Positions 51,858-62,500 of a stretch of DNA of 64,000 nucleotides are shown one piece after another (the first letter of the stretch is position 1; each line of letters starts with the position of its first letter). The position numbers and the translations under genes were made by a program. The DNA is from Nemertoderma westbladi. Its lineage: Eukaryota > Animalia > Xenacoelomorpha. A model generated the notes under the pieces. The model did not search any database, was not told the DNA's origin, and was given only the letters and a program-made list of their open reading frames with translations. Where the stretch lies: assembly GCA_032718475.1 (NCBI GenBank), contig JAUCBJ010007635.1, positions 119,926 to 183,925 on the forward strand, given 5' to 3'.

Positions 51858-52788
51858 TAAAGACTTTATAACAGACGTCTGCAACCCACTTACTATATTG
51901 GGTTTTACCTATTGCGGTTCAAGGTCAAACGCCAACCGGTAGACACGAATTAATTAAATTACTTCCGTCTGTGGACTCGCCTTATACCACATATGTCACA
52001 TATACACAGTAGTGGTGACATATGTTACATATGCACATGCACAATGGTAACCATAGTAAGTGGGCGGGGTGATACAATGATAATCATAATAAGTAGGCGG
52101 TGCAAGAGCCGTGCGGCAAATTCTTTAACATGGTAGACTATGGCAGATGCTGTTTCATTTAAGTTGTTTACCTTACTACTTATATTCACATATATCTCAA
52201 AAGTTAGGCGAGTACATAAATCATACACTACTCATACAAATAAATCTTACATACTTCAACATTTTCGCAACTGAACAGTGGACAGTCGTACATAAACTAT
52301 CTCGACAATAATGGTGGGAGGTAGGGGAGAGGGTGATAAATATTTATATAGTTTAACAAAAACATACTGACGAAGAAACAGACAAACCAAAATACTATCG
52401 TAATATCGACAAGATCATAATTTCCATAAAATTTCATGTCGATGATAAAAAAAAACAACTGTAAAATAATTTATTAATTTTTAAAACTTTTATTAATAAA
52501 ATTAACTAACATTCATTGTGTTAGCGAATCAATTCCGCCTCACCAAACCCCATAAAGTGAGCCATAAAGCAATATTGGGAGCACGAGGTTGATTACCAAT
52601 ATCAACCTCGTGTCACCCCAATAAAGGGAAGGAGAAACACACAATAGGGGTCAGGGGCCAAACCCCTAACCAAGAGAGAACAGCAAGGGCGAAGGGAAGC
52701 ACTTCAGAGGGGGGCAAAGGGTGCCAACAGGGGTATTAGCCAATGGGGGGACAGCATCGACTAAGTACTGTAACGGCCAAACCCGTGC

Positions 52789-52826
52789 AATATATATTAC
52801 CTGTACGGTAATCATTATAGTCAGTT
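52789..52826 (+). promoter_or_regulatory. Putative LTR core promoter (TATA-like plus initiator)
   Basis: AATATATATT at ~52789-52798 and TCAGTT at 52821, about 30 bp downstream. Confidence 0.45.
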
Positions 52827-53193
52827 TACTCAGTCAGCTATCCCAGTACAGTAAGGCAGTACGGTGACTGTTAAGACCGTCGTCGCCACCGTCACCATAT
52901 TACCGGTATATTAGCTTTATCTACTGTGCTATCTGTATCACTCATCATTTATTATCTCAACGTGTATCAGAGTTCGACAACAACACTAGAACAACTATTA
53001 CCTTTTCCATTCACACGGCGGGGACGCGTACGAAACACACCGGATAAACCGGGATCCTCTCGGATCCCGTCACAGTCTTAACATCTGAGAATTGCCTGAA
53101 CTGTAACTGCCCGTCACAGTCTTAACATACCAAAGGCCTACAGTCTTAACACTAGGCCTGCCGAGCTGTGACTGACGGCTACTAAAGACGAAG

Positions 53194-54141
53194 ATGAGTC
53201 GAGAGAGAGGAACGACACCGCCGCGGACCCCGGACGACGATCTAACGATCCGCGAGGCCACGGCAAGACGATACGAACCCACGACGCCGGACGATGCTAC
53301 GCCGACCACGTCGACGCACGTTGACGCCACGTCGATAACGAGCGACCCGGCGAACCAAGATGTGGGGGGTCGTCTACAAAGAGAGATCGAGTCGAGAGGA
53401 GAGAAGAAAGACGAGTTGACACGGAAGGAGGGTCGATATGCCGATGTCGCCGGCCAGCCACAGGCCGAGGGCGACGGACGGCCCACCGGAACGGCAACGG
53501 TGGGGCCGACGGTACGACGCCGGACCCGGAGGGAGAGAGGAGATGTCGACGACAAGGACGTCGGGGTCGTCCGGCTCCGACGAGCCTACGCCGCGACCCG
53601 AGAGCAGCTGAAAGAGAGCAAGGAAGGGGCTGAGATAGACCAGGTGAAGTTGAGGAGACGACTAGGTGAGTCGAACAGATACTTTGATTACCTAGTGCGT
53701 TCTGGGCAGGGAGAACTGGCCGAGGAGAGAGCGAGAGGGGTTGCCTTCGAACTGTTTGGGCTATGGGAACGTAGGGGTATGGGGCCTGGTGTAGTGTACA
53801 TAGGGCCATACTTAGTCGATGCCAGGGAAGTTAAGTTAGTGGGTTGGGCGGGACCGCACGAGGGCGAATCCGAGGTTAGCTCCGAGGATTCGGTCTCGTC
53901 GGTCAGCGAGAACCCCGGAAAGCGGGGGAAAGTTAGTAGGACGGAGGGGCGGCGGAAGTCCGTCGCAACCGATAAGTCTGCTACATCCTCCGCAAAAGAA
54001 AGACGGGTGCGAGAGAGTGAACGCATGGCATATAAATTAAAAATGGAAGAATTAGAGTGGCGACTGAGGGGAAGGAAGGAGCGAGAGAGTGAGCGTGAGG
54101 CAAGAGAACAGAGCGTGCGGTACACGTACAGTACGACATAG
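53194..54141 (+). CDS. Bel/Pao Gag N-terminal part (charged, Ser-rich/coiled-coil)
   Basis: First ATG after the 5' LTR. SSVS...ATSSAKERRVRE...LKMEELE pattern. Overlaps the next frame. Confidence 0.55.
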   Translation: MSRERGTTPPRTPDDDLTIREATARRYEPTTPDDATPTTSTHVDATSITSDPANQDVGGRLQREIESRGEKKDELTRKEGRYADVAGQPQAEGDGRPTGTATVGPTVRRRTRRERGDVDDKDVGVVRLRRAYAATREQLKESKEGAEIDQVKLRRRLGESNRYFDYLVRSGQGELAEERARGVAFELFGLWERRGMGPGVVYIGPYLVDAREVKLVGWAGPHEGESEVSSEDSVSSVSENPGKRGKVSRTEGRRKSVATDKSATSSAKERRVRESERMAYKLKMEELEWRLRGRKERESEREAREQSVRYTYSTT

Positions 54142-55999
54142 TAGCCGTACGGGCGAGGGGGGTAGTAGTAGTGCGTTAGGAAATATTGGTATTAATAGTA
54201 CCGTAGTAAATAACCCTAATCCCTTTATTACAGGAAATATTTTACCCGGTAGTAGTAATTTAAGTTTAAATTCAAATAATAATATTAATTCAAATATTCA
54301 GAATAATCAAAATAATTCAAATAATTCGAATAGCAATTTAAATTTTGAAAATAATAATAATTCTAACTTAAATAATTTAAATAATAATCCCGTTTCAAAT
54401 TCTAATAATTTAATTGATTTAACAAATAATATTGGGAATGGTGCTATTAATGTGAACGCGTCAGACGTGTATAGCCCGGCAGACGGCGGCCTGGTAGGCC
54501 ACGTAGTTAGTAGGCAGGAAGTGGCGCGGTTGAGCCAACCCGAGGTGGGCCTGGTAGGCCACGCAGTAGTAGAGAGAGAGGCGGGGGTGAATAGACCCGG
54601 CCGCAGTAGAGACAGTGTGTCGACTAGAGAGGGGTGTAGAGACGAAGTAAGAGATAGTGAAGTTAGATGTGGCGGGTGGGGGGGGGGGGCTACGGGCGCC
54701 CCACCACATGAGATTAGCGGCGAGAGAGGGGGGGCAGAGAATGCCCCACAAGAGGGGTGTAGAAGTGTAGTAAGAGGTAGTGAAGTTAGAAGTGGCGGGT
54801 GGGGGGGGGCTACGGGCGCCCCACCACAGAAGATTAGTGGCGAGAGAAAGGGGGTAGAGAGTGTCCGACAAGAGGGACGCAGAAGTGTAGTAAGAGATAG
54901 TGAAGTTAGAAGTAGCGGGTGGGGGGGGGGGGCTACGGGCACCCCACCGCGAGGGATTAGTAGCGAGAGAGGGGGGGCAGGGAGTGTCCCACAGGCGTCG
55001 GCGGATAATGCGCGGGCCGAATTAGGTAAACCGCAACACCCGGCGACGGAGAGTAATAGGGGGATTGCGAGTATCCCCAGCGGCGTGCGATCGAGCAGAG
55101 AGAGACAGGTTGACGTCGCGAGAGGGCGGGCGACGGAACGTCGAGCCCAGTCAGAAGAGAGAAGATTAGTAGAGTTTAATAGAGAGGTCGAAGATAGAAG
55201 AAGATTAGTAGAGTTTAACCGAGAGGTCGAAGAGAGAAGAAAGGAAGATAATAGAAGAGTCGTTGCTAGGAGCAACCGGAGAGCGAGGACGGATAGCGAG
55301 CCGTCGATAGTAGAGATGGAGGTAGGGAGTCAGTGGGGTCGAACTTCGGGAGATTGCCGTCGCCCCGGAGAAACGCACCGCACACCAAGAGAGGGGTACA
55401 GGACGTACCGATACGAAGACGAGAGCAGGATAGGGGATCGAAGGGAAGCTTCCCGACGGGATATAGCTGCCGATCGAGAGTACGGTAGTCGCGGGGAGAT
55501 TCGAGATTCGCGAAGAATAAACTTCGATTCGGAAGGGCACATGCAGACTGCAGGACATACTGTAGGCCTTACTGCACATACTATTATAGGCCATGCTGGG
55601 AGAGATAGAGTAGGCGATAGGGTAGCGCGGACGACGGGATTAAACCCGGAAGTCGCGGAGTACATACCGGTAGGTAGGCAAGAAGTGAATAGGCCTATAT
55701 CGGTACCGGTACAGCAGCATGACTATAATTTCCAGGGACATAACATATATCCAGGGGAGGGGGGAATTATTGCAGATAGATGTATGGGCCCCAATATATT
55801 AACATCAACCCCAGTACCAAACATACCGGTGGGAGGGGGACAGGGTGACATTCCCCCATCACAATATCAACAATATACCCCAATAGGAGCGAGAACATCG
55901 AACCCCTTGGACGAGAACAGATCATGCGACACGGAAATATGGAGGGGGCCGTTACCCCCAATGATATATCCGACGCAACAAGCAAAGTCACACAGATAG
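54089..55999 (+). CDS. Low-complexity Gag linker (Asn-rich, Gly/Arg-rich repeats), +1 frame relative to the previous ORF
   Basis: Open for 636 codons. Contains three ~114-bp repeats (54625-55000) and LNPEVAEYIP, which resembles the LNPxAxxFxP motif of Bel gag linkers. Confidence 0.5.
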   Translation: MSVRQENRACGTRTVRHSSRTGEGGSSSALGNIGINSTVVNNPNPFITGNILPGSSNLSLNSNNNINSNIQNNQNNSNNSNSNLNFENNNNSNLNNLNNNPVSNSNNLIDLTNNIGNGAINVNASDVYSPADGGLVGHVVSRQEVARLSQPEVGLVGHAVVEREAGVNRPGRSRDSVSTREGCRDEVRDSEVRCGGWGGGATGAPPHEISGERGGAENAPQEGCRSVVRGSEVRSGGWGGATGAPPQKISGERKGVESVRQEGRRSVVRDSEVRSSGWGGGATGTPPRGISSERGGAGSVPQASADNARAELGKPQHPATESNRGIASIPSGVRSSRERQVDVARGRATERRAQSEERRLVEFNREVEDRRRLVEFNREVEERRKEDNRRVVARSNRRARTDSEPSIVEMEVGSQWGRTSGDCRRPGETHRTPREGYRTYRYEDESRIGDRREASRRDIAADREYGSRGEIRDSRRINFDSEGHMQTAGHTVGLTAHTIIGHAGRDRVGDRVARTTGLNPEVAEYIPVGRQEVNRPISVPVQQHDYNFQGHNIYPGEGGIIADRCMGPNILTSTPVPNIPVGGGQGDIPPSQYQQYTPIGARTSNPLDENRSCDTEIWRGPLPPMIYPTQQAKSHR

Positions 56000-56066
56000 G
56001 ACGGACGGACCGTACCCAACAGGAGAAACTATACAACATCCATCGAACCCATTAGAAGCGCAAGCG

Positions 56067-58274
56067 ATGGGAATGGCCACATTGATCGATGCGTTAAAAA
56101 CTAGGATCGAGTTACCACCTGTGGAACCATTTAAATTCGATGGGAGTAGGCCGGAAGAATATCTACAGTTTCGGCGCATGTATAGTAACGAAATATTAAG
56201 TAAGAACTTGACGCAGGCGGAGTGCCTAAAATATCTGCAAGTATATACAGGAGGCCCAGCATACGACATCGTGAGGCAATACCAGGGCATCGAGGGCGGC
56301 TTCACGACAGCATGGCGGGCGCTAGATAGGGAATACGGGCACCCGGCCAAGATCATCCGGCAAACCCTGAGAGGCATAACATCGGATGGCCTACAGGACA
56401 ATCCCGTTAGCATAAGGACCTTTGCAAACAAGGTCGAGAAGGCGTTAATCGTGTTAAAGACGCTAGACGCACCATACGAACTCAACGCGTCTAACAACAT
56501 CACCACGATAGCGCAGGCACTGCCGATCTGGTTACGAAGGAAGTGGAGGAAGATCGCCTTCTCCACACGGGAGAAGAAGGGTGCGGAACCGGGCTTAGAA
56601 GAGATGTCGAGCTTCCTCAACTATGAAGCCGAATTAATAACAGACCCAGTCTATAGCGAGGATAGTTTGGGGACAAGCCATAAACCCGAACACGATCCTG
56701 CAGATCCATTCCCGAGAGTAGGACAATCACTACCACATGCGGCCACACAGGGGACTGCTAGTCCACAGTTAGCTGGTAGTAGGGCCACACCGTGGCAGGG
56801 ACAGAAAGAAAATAACACCATAAATAAACATAATCCCAATGTACCCAGTAGGCCGAATACAGACAACCAAAACACTAAATCGGTACATATAAACCTACGC
56901 GCGATACGTGAGGGACTATACAGGGAACGCTATAATCCAGGATTCGAATGTCAATTACATCGGGACGGAACACATAAGACCAGGAGTTGTAAGCACTGGC
57001 AAGCGTTGCCCAAACAAGATCGTATAGCCTACACAGACGCAAACGGACTATGTCATCGATGTGTGGTAGAAGGACACAGGTCCGGAGAGTGTAGAGAAAC
57101 AGCAGTTAGAGAGTCCGAGACTGGAGGCCAAACAATGGCCACAAGCACGACAGAAGAGGAGAAGAAGAGAAAAGTACTACTCGGGGTAGTACCAGTAAAG
57201 ATATCAGGAGAGGGCGGTCGATCAGTAACGACGTTAATGCTGGTCGACAGCGGAGCAGCCTTCACGCTGGTGGAGAACTGGGTGGCCGAAGAGATAGGGC
57301 TAAAGACGAGGCCGAACAGAATGGCGGTAACTACCGTCTCGAGTAAAGATGAGGTCCTGGAGACGAGGACGGGGCGGTGCAGGATAGCAGCGATTGCACC
57401 GGGATGCGACTATGGGGCGACGATCGACCCCATCCACGTCATAGAATCGATAAACATCAACGCCAGGCGACCAACCAACATTGAGGTCGAGCAATATAGA
57501 TTCCTGGACGGTATCGATTTCTCAATACCAAAGGTGGACGTTAGGAAGGTGTCCATTATAGTAGGGATGGACTGCCCGACGGCCCACGAGAGGACGAAGA
57601 CGGTCTTCGGCGAAGACAGGCAGCGGGACCCGACGGCGATCCTCACGCCGTTCGGATGGACGCTTAGCGGCCCAGTTAAAACTAACATCCCATGCAGTGT
57701 GACAGAGACATCTGGGTGCATGATACCAGGCACCGAAGACGCAGAGGAAGTAGAGGAGAAACGAGAGATAGTAGAGCCAGATAGGGAGGTGACAGTAAGA
57801 AAGTGGGCAGAGGAGAGTAGGTTTCCCAGCAAGCATCGGTATGGAGATGAAGCGGAGCGGACGGCGAGGTGTCCGGAGGACAACACTCCAGAGGAGTGTC
57901 TGGAGGAGTGTCTAGAGGAGTGTCCGGAAGAGATGCCGGTCCGGTTTGGAGGCATACCGACAAGGGGGAAGTCGAGAAGGAAGGCAGGATGGAAAGGAAT
58001 AGGACTACTGTTCTGCCTGTTCTTTCACTTTCTATTCATTCTGCCGGCGGGAGACAACAAAGAAAGAGATGGCATTTTGATGCCAAGAGAGGACATAGTT
58101 AAGAAGGCGGTGGAGAGACCCGATTTTGGGGTGGTGAAAGGGGGAGAGCCAATTCCAGATGAGTTGGAGTTGGCGAGGAAAGTGGGTGGAAAGATAAGAG
58201 GACGCGCAGGGGGACAGCGGGACAGTGCCTCATGGAAGAATCGATGGAAGATCGAGGGGCAGCTTAGAGTTTAG
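56067..58274 (+). CDS. gag: Bel/Pao Gag core, Zn knuckles and aspartic protease, with a decayed tail
   Basis: LPPVEPFKFDG..EYLQF..CLKYL..AWRALDREYG (DUF1759-like); CQLH..H....C and CHRCVVEGHRSGEC; VVPVKI..LVDSGAAFTLV; IIVGMD; TPFGWTLSGP. Confidence 0.88.
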   Translation: MGMATLIDALKTRIELPPVEPFKFDGSRPEEYLQFRRMYSNEILSKNLTQAECLKYLQVYTGGPAYDIVRQYQGIEGGFTTAWRALDREYGHPAKIIRQTLRGITSDGLQDNPVSIRTFANKVEKALIVLKTLDAPYELNASNNITTIAQALPIWLRRKWRKIAFSTREKKGAEPGLEEMSSFLNYEAELITDPVYSEDSLGTSHKPEHDPADPFPRVGQSLPHAATQGTASPQLAGSRATPWQGQKENNTINKHNPNVPSRPNTDNQNTKSVHINLRAIREGLYRERYNPGFECQLHRDGTHKTRSCKHWQALPKQDRIAYTDANGLCHRCVVEGHRSGECRETAVRESETGGQTMATSTTEEEKKRKVLLGVVPVKISGEGGRSVTTLMLVDSGAAFTLVENWVAEEIGLKTRPNRMAVTTVSSKDEVLETRTGRCRIAAIAPGCDYGATIDPIHVIESININARRPTNIEVEQYRFLDGIDFSIPKVDVRKVSIIVGMDCPTAHERTKTVFGEDRQRDPTAILTPFGWTLSGPVKTNIPCSVTETSGCMIPGTEDAEEVEEKREIVEPDREVTVRKWAEESRFPSKHRYGDEAERTARCPEDNTPEECLEECLEECPEEMPVRFGGIPTRGKSRRKAGWKGIGLLFCLFFHFLFILPAGDNKERDGILMPREDIVKKAVERPDFGVVKGGEPIPDELELARKVGGKIRGRAGGQRDSASWKNRWKIEGQLRV

Positions 58275-58429
58275 TCGTCCAATATTTGGACTGAGGGGGG
58301 TGGGAATGAGGGCGAGACGCCCTTCCCACAAGAAATTAATTATTTAATTAAAAATAAAATAAATAATAATAAATAATTAAATAATTAAAAATAATAGTTA
58401 GTAGAAGTAAGAAGTAGTTCGAAGATAGG

Positions 58430-59340
58430 AGAGTAGAGTTAGAAGGCGGCGGGGCAAGGGAGTGTGGCATATTGTCATGCCACGAGTAGTAGTAGTGGGG
58501 TTGTGGGCACCGTAAGCGCCACGTAGAAGGAGAGTAGGTTAGAAGTCGGCGGGTAAGGGAGTGTGGCATATTGTCATGCCACGAGTAGTAGTAGGGAGGT
58601 TGTGGGCACCGTAAGCGCCACGTAGAAGGATAGTAAGTAGAGAAGTTAGAAGGCGGCGGGGTAAGGGAGTGTGGCACCATAAGTGCCACGAGTAGTAGTA
58701 GGGGGGTTGTGGGCACCAGAAGCGCCACGTAGAAAGTAGTACCGGTTGTGGTTGTGGGCACCGTTAGCGCCACGTAGATAGAGTAAAGTAGTGGAGAGGG
58801 CACATAGGGTGCCAGGTAGTAGACTTAGAGTGTTAGAGGTAGTAGAGAGGGCACATAGGGTGCCAGAGAGTAGAGTAGTAGAGAGGGCACATAGGGTGCC
58901 AGGTAGTAAAGTAGTAGAGAGTAGATAGTAGAGTGGTTGTGGGCACCACAAGCGCCACGTAGTTAGAGGGTTTTAGTTAAAGTAGTAGTAGAGTGGTTGT
59001 GGGCACCGTTAGCGCCACGTAGATGGAGAAAAGAGTTAGTAAGAGGGTACGTAGTACCGGTTGTGGTTGTGGGCACCGTTAGCGCCACGTAGATAGAGAT
59101 AGAGTTAGTTGGAGGGTTTTAGTCAGAGTTAGAAAAGAGTTAGTAGACTTAGCAGAAAGTTAGAGAGTTCTAGTTAGAGTTAGTAGAAAGTTAGCTAAAA
59201 GTAGTAAGAGTTAGCAGAGAGTAGAGTTAGTAGTTAGTAGAGTTAGGAGTTAGTTAGAGTTAGAGAAGTTAGATAGTTAGCAAGTTAGACCTTAGATAAG
59301 GTAGATAGTATGATAGCACAGGGGTAGCATTAGAGGTCAG
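58430..59340 (+). repeat. Purine-rich internal repeats of the Bel element (GTGGGCACC..GCGCCACGTAG units, then GAGTTAG-rich tract)
   Basis: At least seven GTGGGCACCnnnnGCGCCACGTAG motifs and three GGGCACATAGGGTGCC motifs, followed by TTAG-rich simple sequence. Confidence 0.85.
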
Positions 59341-60250
59341 GACCTTAGAGAGTGGCAGGGAGTAGAGAGGAGATAGTGAAAGGAGCTGTTGGCGAGAGAG
59401 AAGTGTGCGATTCAGGTGTGGGGAGAGGGTAAGAGCGAGTTGAGTTAGAGAGCGGAGTTAGAGTGGTAAGAGTGTTGGGGAAACAAAAATTGTGTGAGAG
59501 AAGTGCACGATCGGCCCGACACGAGACGCCAGAGGGTAGTGACATCATACCCATAGGGAGCGGCCCGGAAAGCCGACTCCAAGAAAATAACTCCACCCCA
59601 CACCCGATAATAGATCGAGTTCCAGCGGAATTGAAGCGCACTTAGAGGTTGATGCTATCTTCTCACCGGGAAGATAGCATGGGGGGGAGTGTTAGCGAAT
59701 CAATTCCGCCTCACCAAACCCCATAAAGTGAGCCATAAAGCAATATTGGGAGCACGAGGTTTATTACCAATATCAACCTCGTGTCACCCCAATAAAGGGA
59801 AGGAGAAACACACAATAGGGGTCAGGGGCCAAACCCCTAACCAAGAGAGAACAGCAAGGGCGAAGGGAAGCACTTCAGAGGGGGGCAAAGGGTGCCAACA
59901 GGGGTATTAGCCAATGGGGGGACAGCATCGACTAAGTACTGTAACGACCAAACCCGTGCAATATATATTACCTGTACGGTAATCATTATAGTCAGTTTAC
60001 TCAGTCAGCTATCCCAGTACAGTAAGGCAGTACGGTGACTGTTAAGACCGTCGTCGCCACCGTCACCATATTACCGGTATATTAGCTTTATCTACTGTGC
60101 TATCTGTATCACTCATCATTTATTATCTCAACGTGTATCAGAGTTCGACAACAACACTAGAACAACTATTACCTTTTCCATTCACACGGCGGGGACGCGT
60201 ACGAAACACACCGGATAAACCGGGATCCTCTCGGATCCCGTCACACATTG

Positions 60251-61030
60251 CAGCATTCCCAATGAACATGGCGGTAAAGTCATTGGATTTGAATGCATTT
60301 AATCTCAAATCTTTTCCGTCAGCATTCAAAGGTAAATTTGGAAGTACTAAGTCACATTCTATTACCCATACTTTGTTATTTGATAAGTTTCCGTGAAAAC
60401 ATGGGCACTTATGATAAAGGCCATATATGCCTTTACATACCGCGCCATTATGACTGGCTACAATATCAATCTAACATTTAAACAATGATATTATAAAATA
60501 GTTATATCATGTATAATATTATACTACAGTAATTTTAATATACTAACACTAAAACAAATCCGCCTCCGCTTTACAGGTTTTTCTTTTTTTAAACCGCTAT
60601 TTCGAAAATGACAATAAAAATATACTTCCATGGTTCATGAAAAATTTCATAACAATTTTTTTTTATTAAATAGCAATTATTATTATCATATGATAATATT
60701 GTTTGCAGGTCCTACACTAACAAAATCGCTCTCATTTGACTACTAATAAATACGATTTGATAATTATCTTTGTTTACATCTAAAATTTAAATAAAATGTT
60801 TATGTTAATATTTCTTAAGTTTAATTTCAAATATAAAATATGCATTGAAAAATTTAATAAAAATTTATATTAAATATTATATAGTTAATAGTTATAATTA
60901 TATAGTTATTAGTATGGTTATTAATTAAATATAAAAATAATTTATATTTTAATAATGTAGTTAAAATTGAAATGTACAACAATTAACTGAACTTAAACCT
61001 CGCAATACTAAGTGTTCGACATCGACACTG
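60251..61030 (-). pseudogene. Copy B of the unknown OB-fold-like gene: exon 3 interrupted by the Bel element, exon 2 mostly deleted
   Basis: Exon from 60470: IDIVASHNGAVCKGIYGLYHKCPCFHG..VWVIECDL..FKSNDFTAMFIGNAAM. It resumes at 52518-52511 before the GTTAGT donor. Confidence 0.6.
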
Positions 61031-61924
61031 AAAGGTCTCATCTCTTAAATAAAAAAATATAACTTACAAAAATAACTTAGAAACACACATATGCATATTT
61101 AAAAATTTTCAAATTAAGAGTCTTTCCAAAAAAAGAAACTTCTATTTATAAAAAACTATCAAGATATGATGCGTATTATTTAGGTATCTCATCGAAAATA
61201 AAACAAAATAATTTGAAATAAAATTAAGCCTCACAAAAGAAAAAACTGCTGCGTTAGAGCAAAACATATTTCGATATTAAATTGATTAGCAAAAGCCAAC
61301 ACACCTACGCTACATAAATTTATTAAAGATTATTATATCAAAGAATATCACTGCAGTTCTGACATTTGTAAACTTCAATTCAAAAAAACGTTGATTTAAA
61401 AAAATCCATCGATTAAGTTAAATACTGCAAAATACAATACACTTACAGAATAGCATATAAAAATTACTTTTAATTTCCATGATTGAATTAATAACTTTTC
61501 ATATTGGTTGAAACTTCACAAATATCGATAATAATCAAAAATGGAATATGTGCAACTTCCATACAGTACATTTCATCTACATTTCATCACTACATTGAGG
61601 GTAAGAAAAAAGACAAAATGAAAACAAACATGCGTAACTCTGAGGAAACGCGAAATCTCACTACCGAAAAATTAACAGAAAAAACATAAAACTAATAACG
61701 TAATGAATACTTTATCACGTGAACCGAATGAGGCTATTCGTTCAGTCATGATCTTCATGGTTTTATGGTCTTCATGGTCTTCATAAAAATGACAAGTCTT
61801 CAGAATTTTTAATAGTTTCACTATTTTCTCTCGTGCTTTCCCTTCTGTTATCATAGGGATATTTCCCTAATTATTTATTATATTTAATTACATATCACAT
61901 ACATACATACAACACATATACATG

Positions 61925-62102
61925 TTTCAACTCGTGGTATAGCTCCTGCCCTACAGGAGCGCTCCATACTTCTGGCACACCCTCGACGGTGGAGCCTGAC
62001 TTTCCCCAGCCGAGGATGTACCACCCTCTATCTCCATACTGTTGAACTTCCCTGTTTATGTGGTCCCCGGGCCTCAAGATGTGGGACCACCTGTTGTTGC
62101 GT
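61925..62102 (-). pseudogene. Exon-like fragment, possibly the C-terminal part of another paralog of the unknown gene
   Basis: TTTTCAG acceptor, then ...HINREVQQYGDRGWYILGWGKSG...; weak similarity to ITIVCWF (copy A, ~18820) and SVQQ..SIV(G)W (copy C). Confidence 0.3.
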
Positions 62103-62249
62103 CTGAAAATATTAAACATAAGTTCATTATAAAGTTAACCCTTTGAGAACGTAAGCCCTATCCTATACGGGCCTGCCACATTTAGAGGGTACTGTGGAAA
62201 AGCAATATTATATTATTTATATACTGCCATCTGACATGTCCAGTAATCC

Positions 62250-62500
62250 CCCTACAAGCACACGGACGTCAAAAAGACGTCGTAATGACGTATTTTTTGG
62301 TCAATGACGTCCTTGGAAAAGACGTCCTAATTGACGTCATTTTGCTCGTCCTAAGTCCGTCAAAAAGACGTCTTTCACAGACGTCATATTAAAGACGGCA
62401 AATGACGACATTTAATGACATGAAAAGACCAATCATGACGTCTTCCTGGCCCATTAAAGACGTACATTTTCAATATTAACTGACGTCTATTTTTGGTCTT
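62250..62500 (+). mobile_element. Terminus of a CACTA/EnSpm-like DNA element with GACGTC subterminal repeats
   Basis: CCCTACAAGCACAC followed by about ten GACGTC/GACGT motifs in both orientations. The other end was not found. Confidence 0.55.

Larger units (their letters stand above)
52519..60245 (+). mobile_element. Non-autonomous Bel/Pao LTR retrotransposon (gag and protease; no RT, RNase H or integrase core)
   Basis: 556-bp LTRs at 52519-53074 and 59690-60245 (TGT..ACA, two differences seen). TSD CATTG at 52514-52518 and 60246-60250. PPT GGGGGGGAG at 59681-59689. The empty site is visible in the paralogous segment at ~18940. Confidence 0.95.

Noticed and set aside
52005-52014. CACAGTAGTG as the right end of a giant CACTA element enclosing the arrays
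   Set aside because: No matching left TIR or TSD found in the window.
53070-57963. Many minus-strand ORFs inside the Bel element
   Set aside because: Antisense shadows of GC- and purine-rich gag sequence, with no motifs.
59100-59340. Interstitial telomere
   Set aside because: TTAG-rich but irregular, not (TTAGG)n or (TTAGGG)n, and internal to the LTR element.
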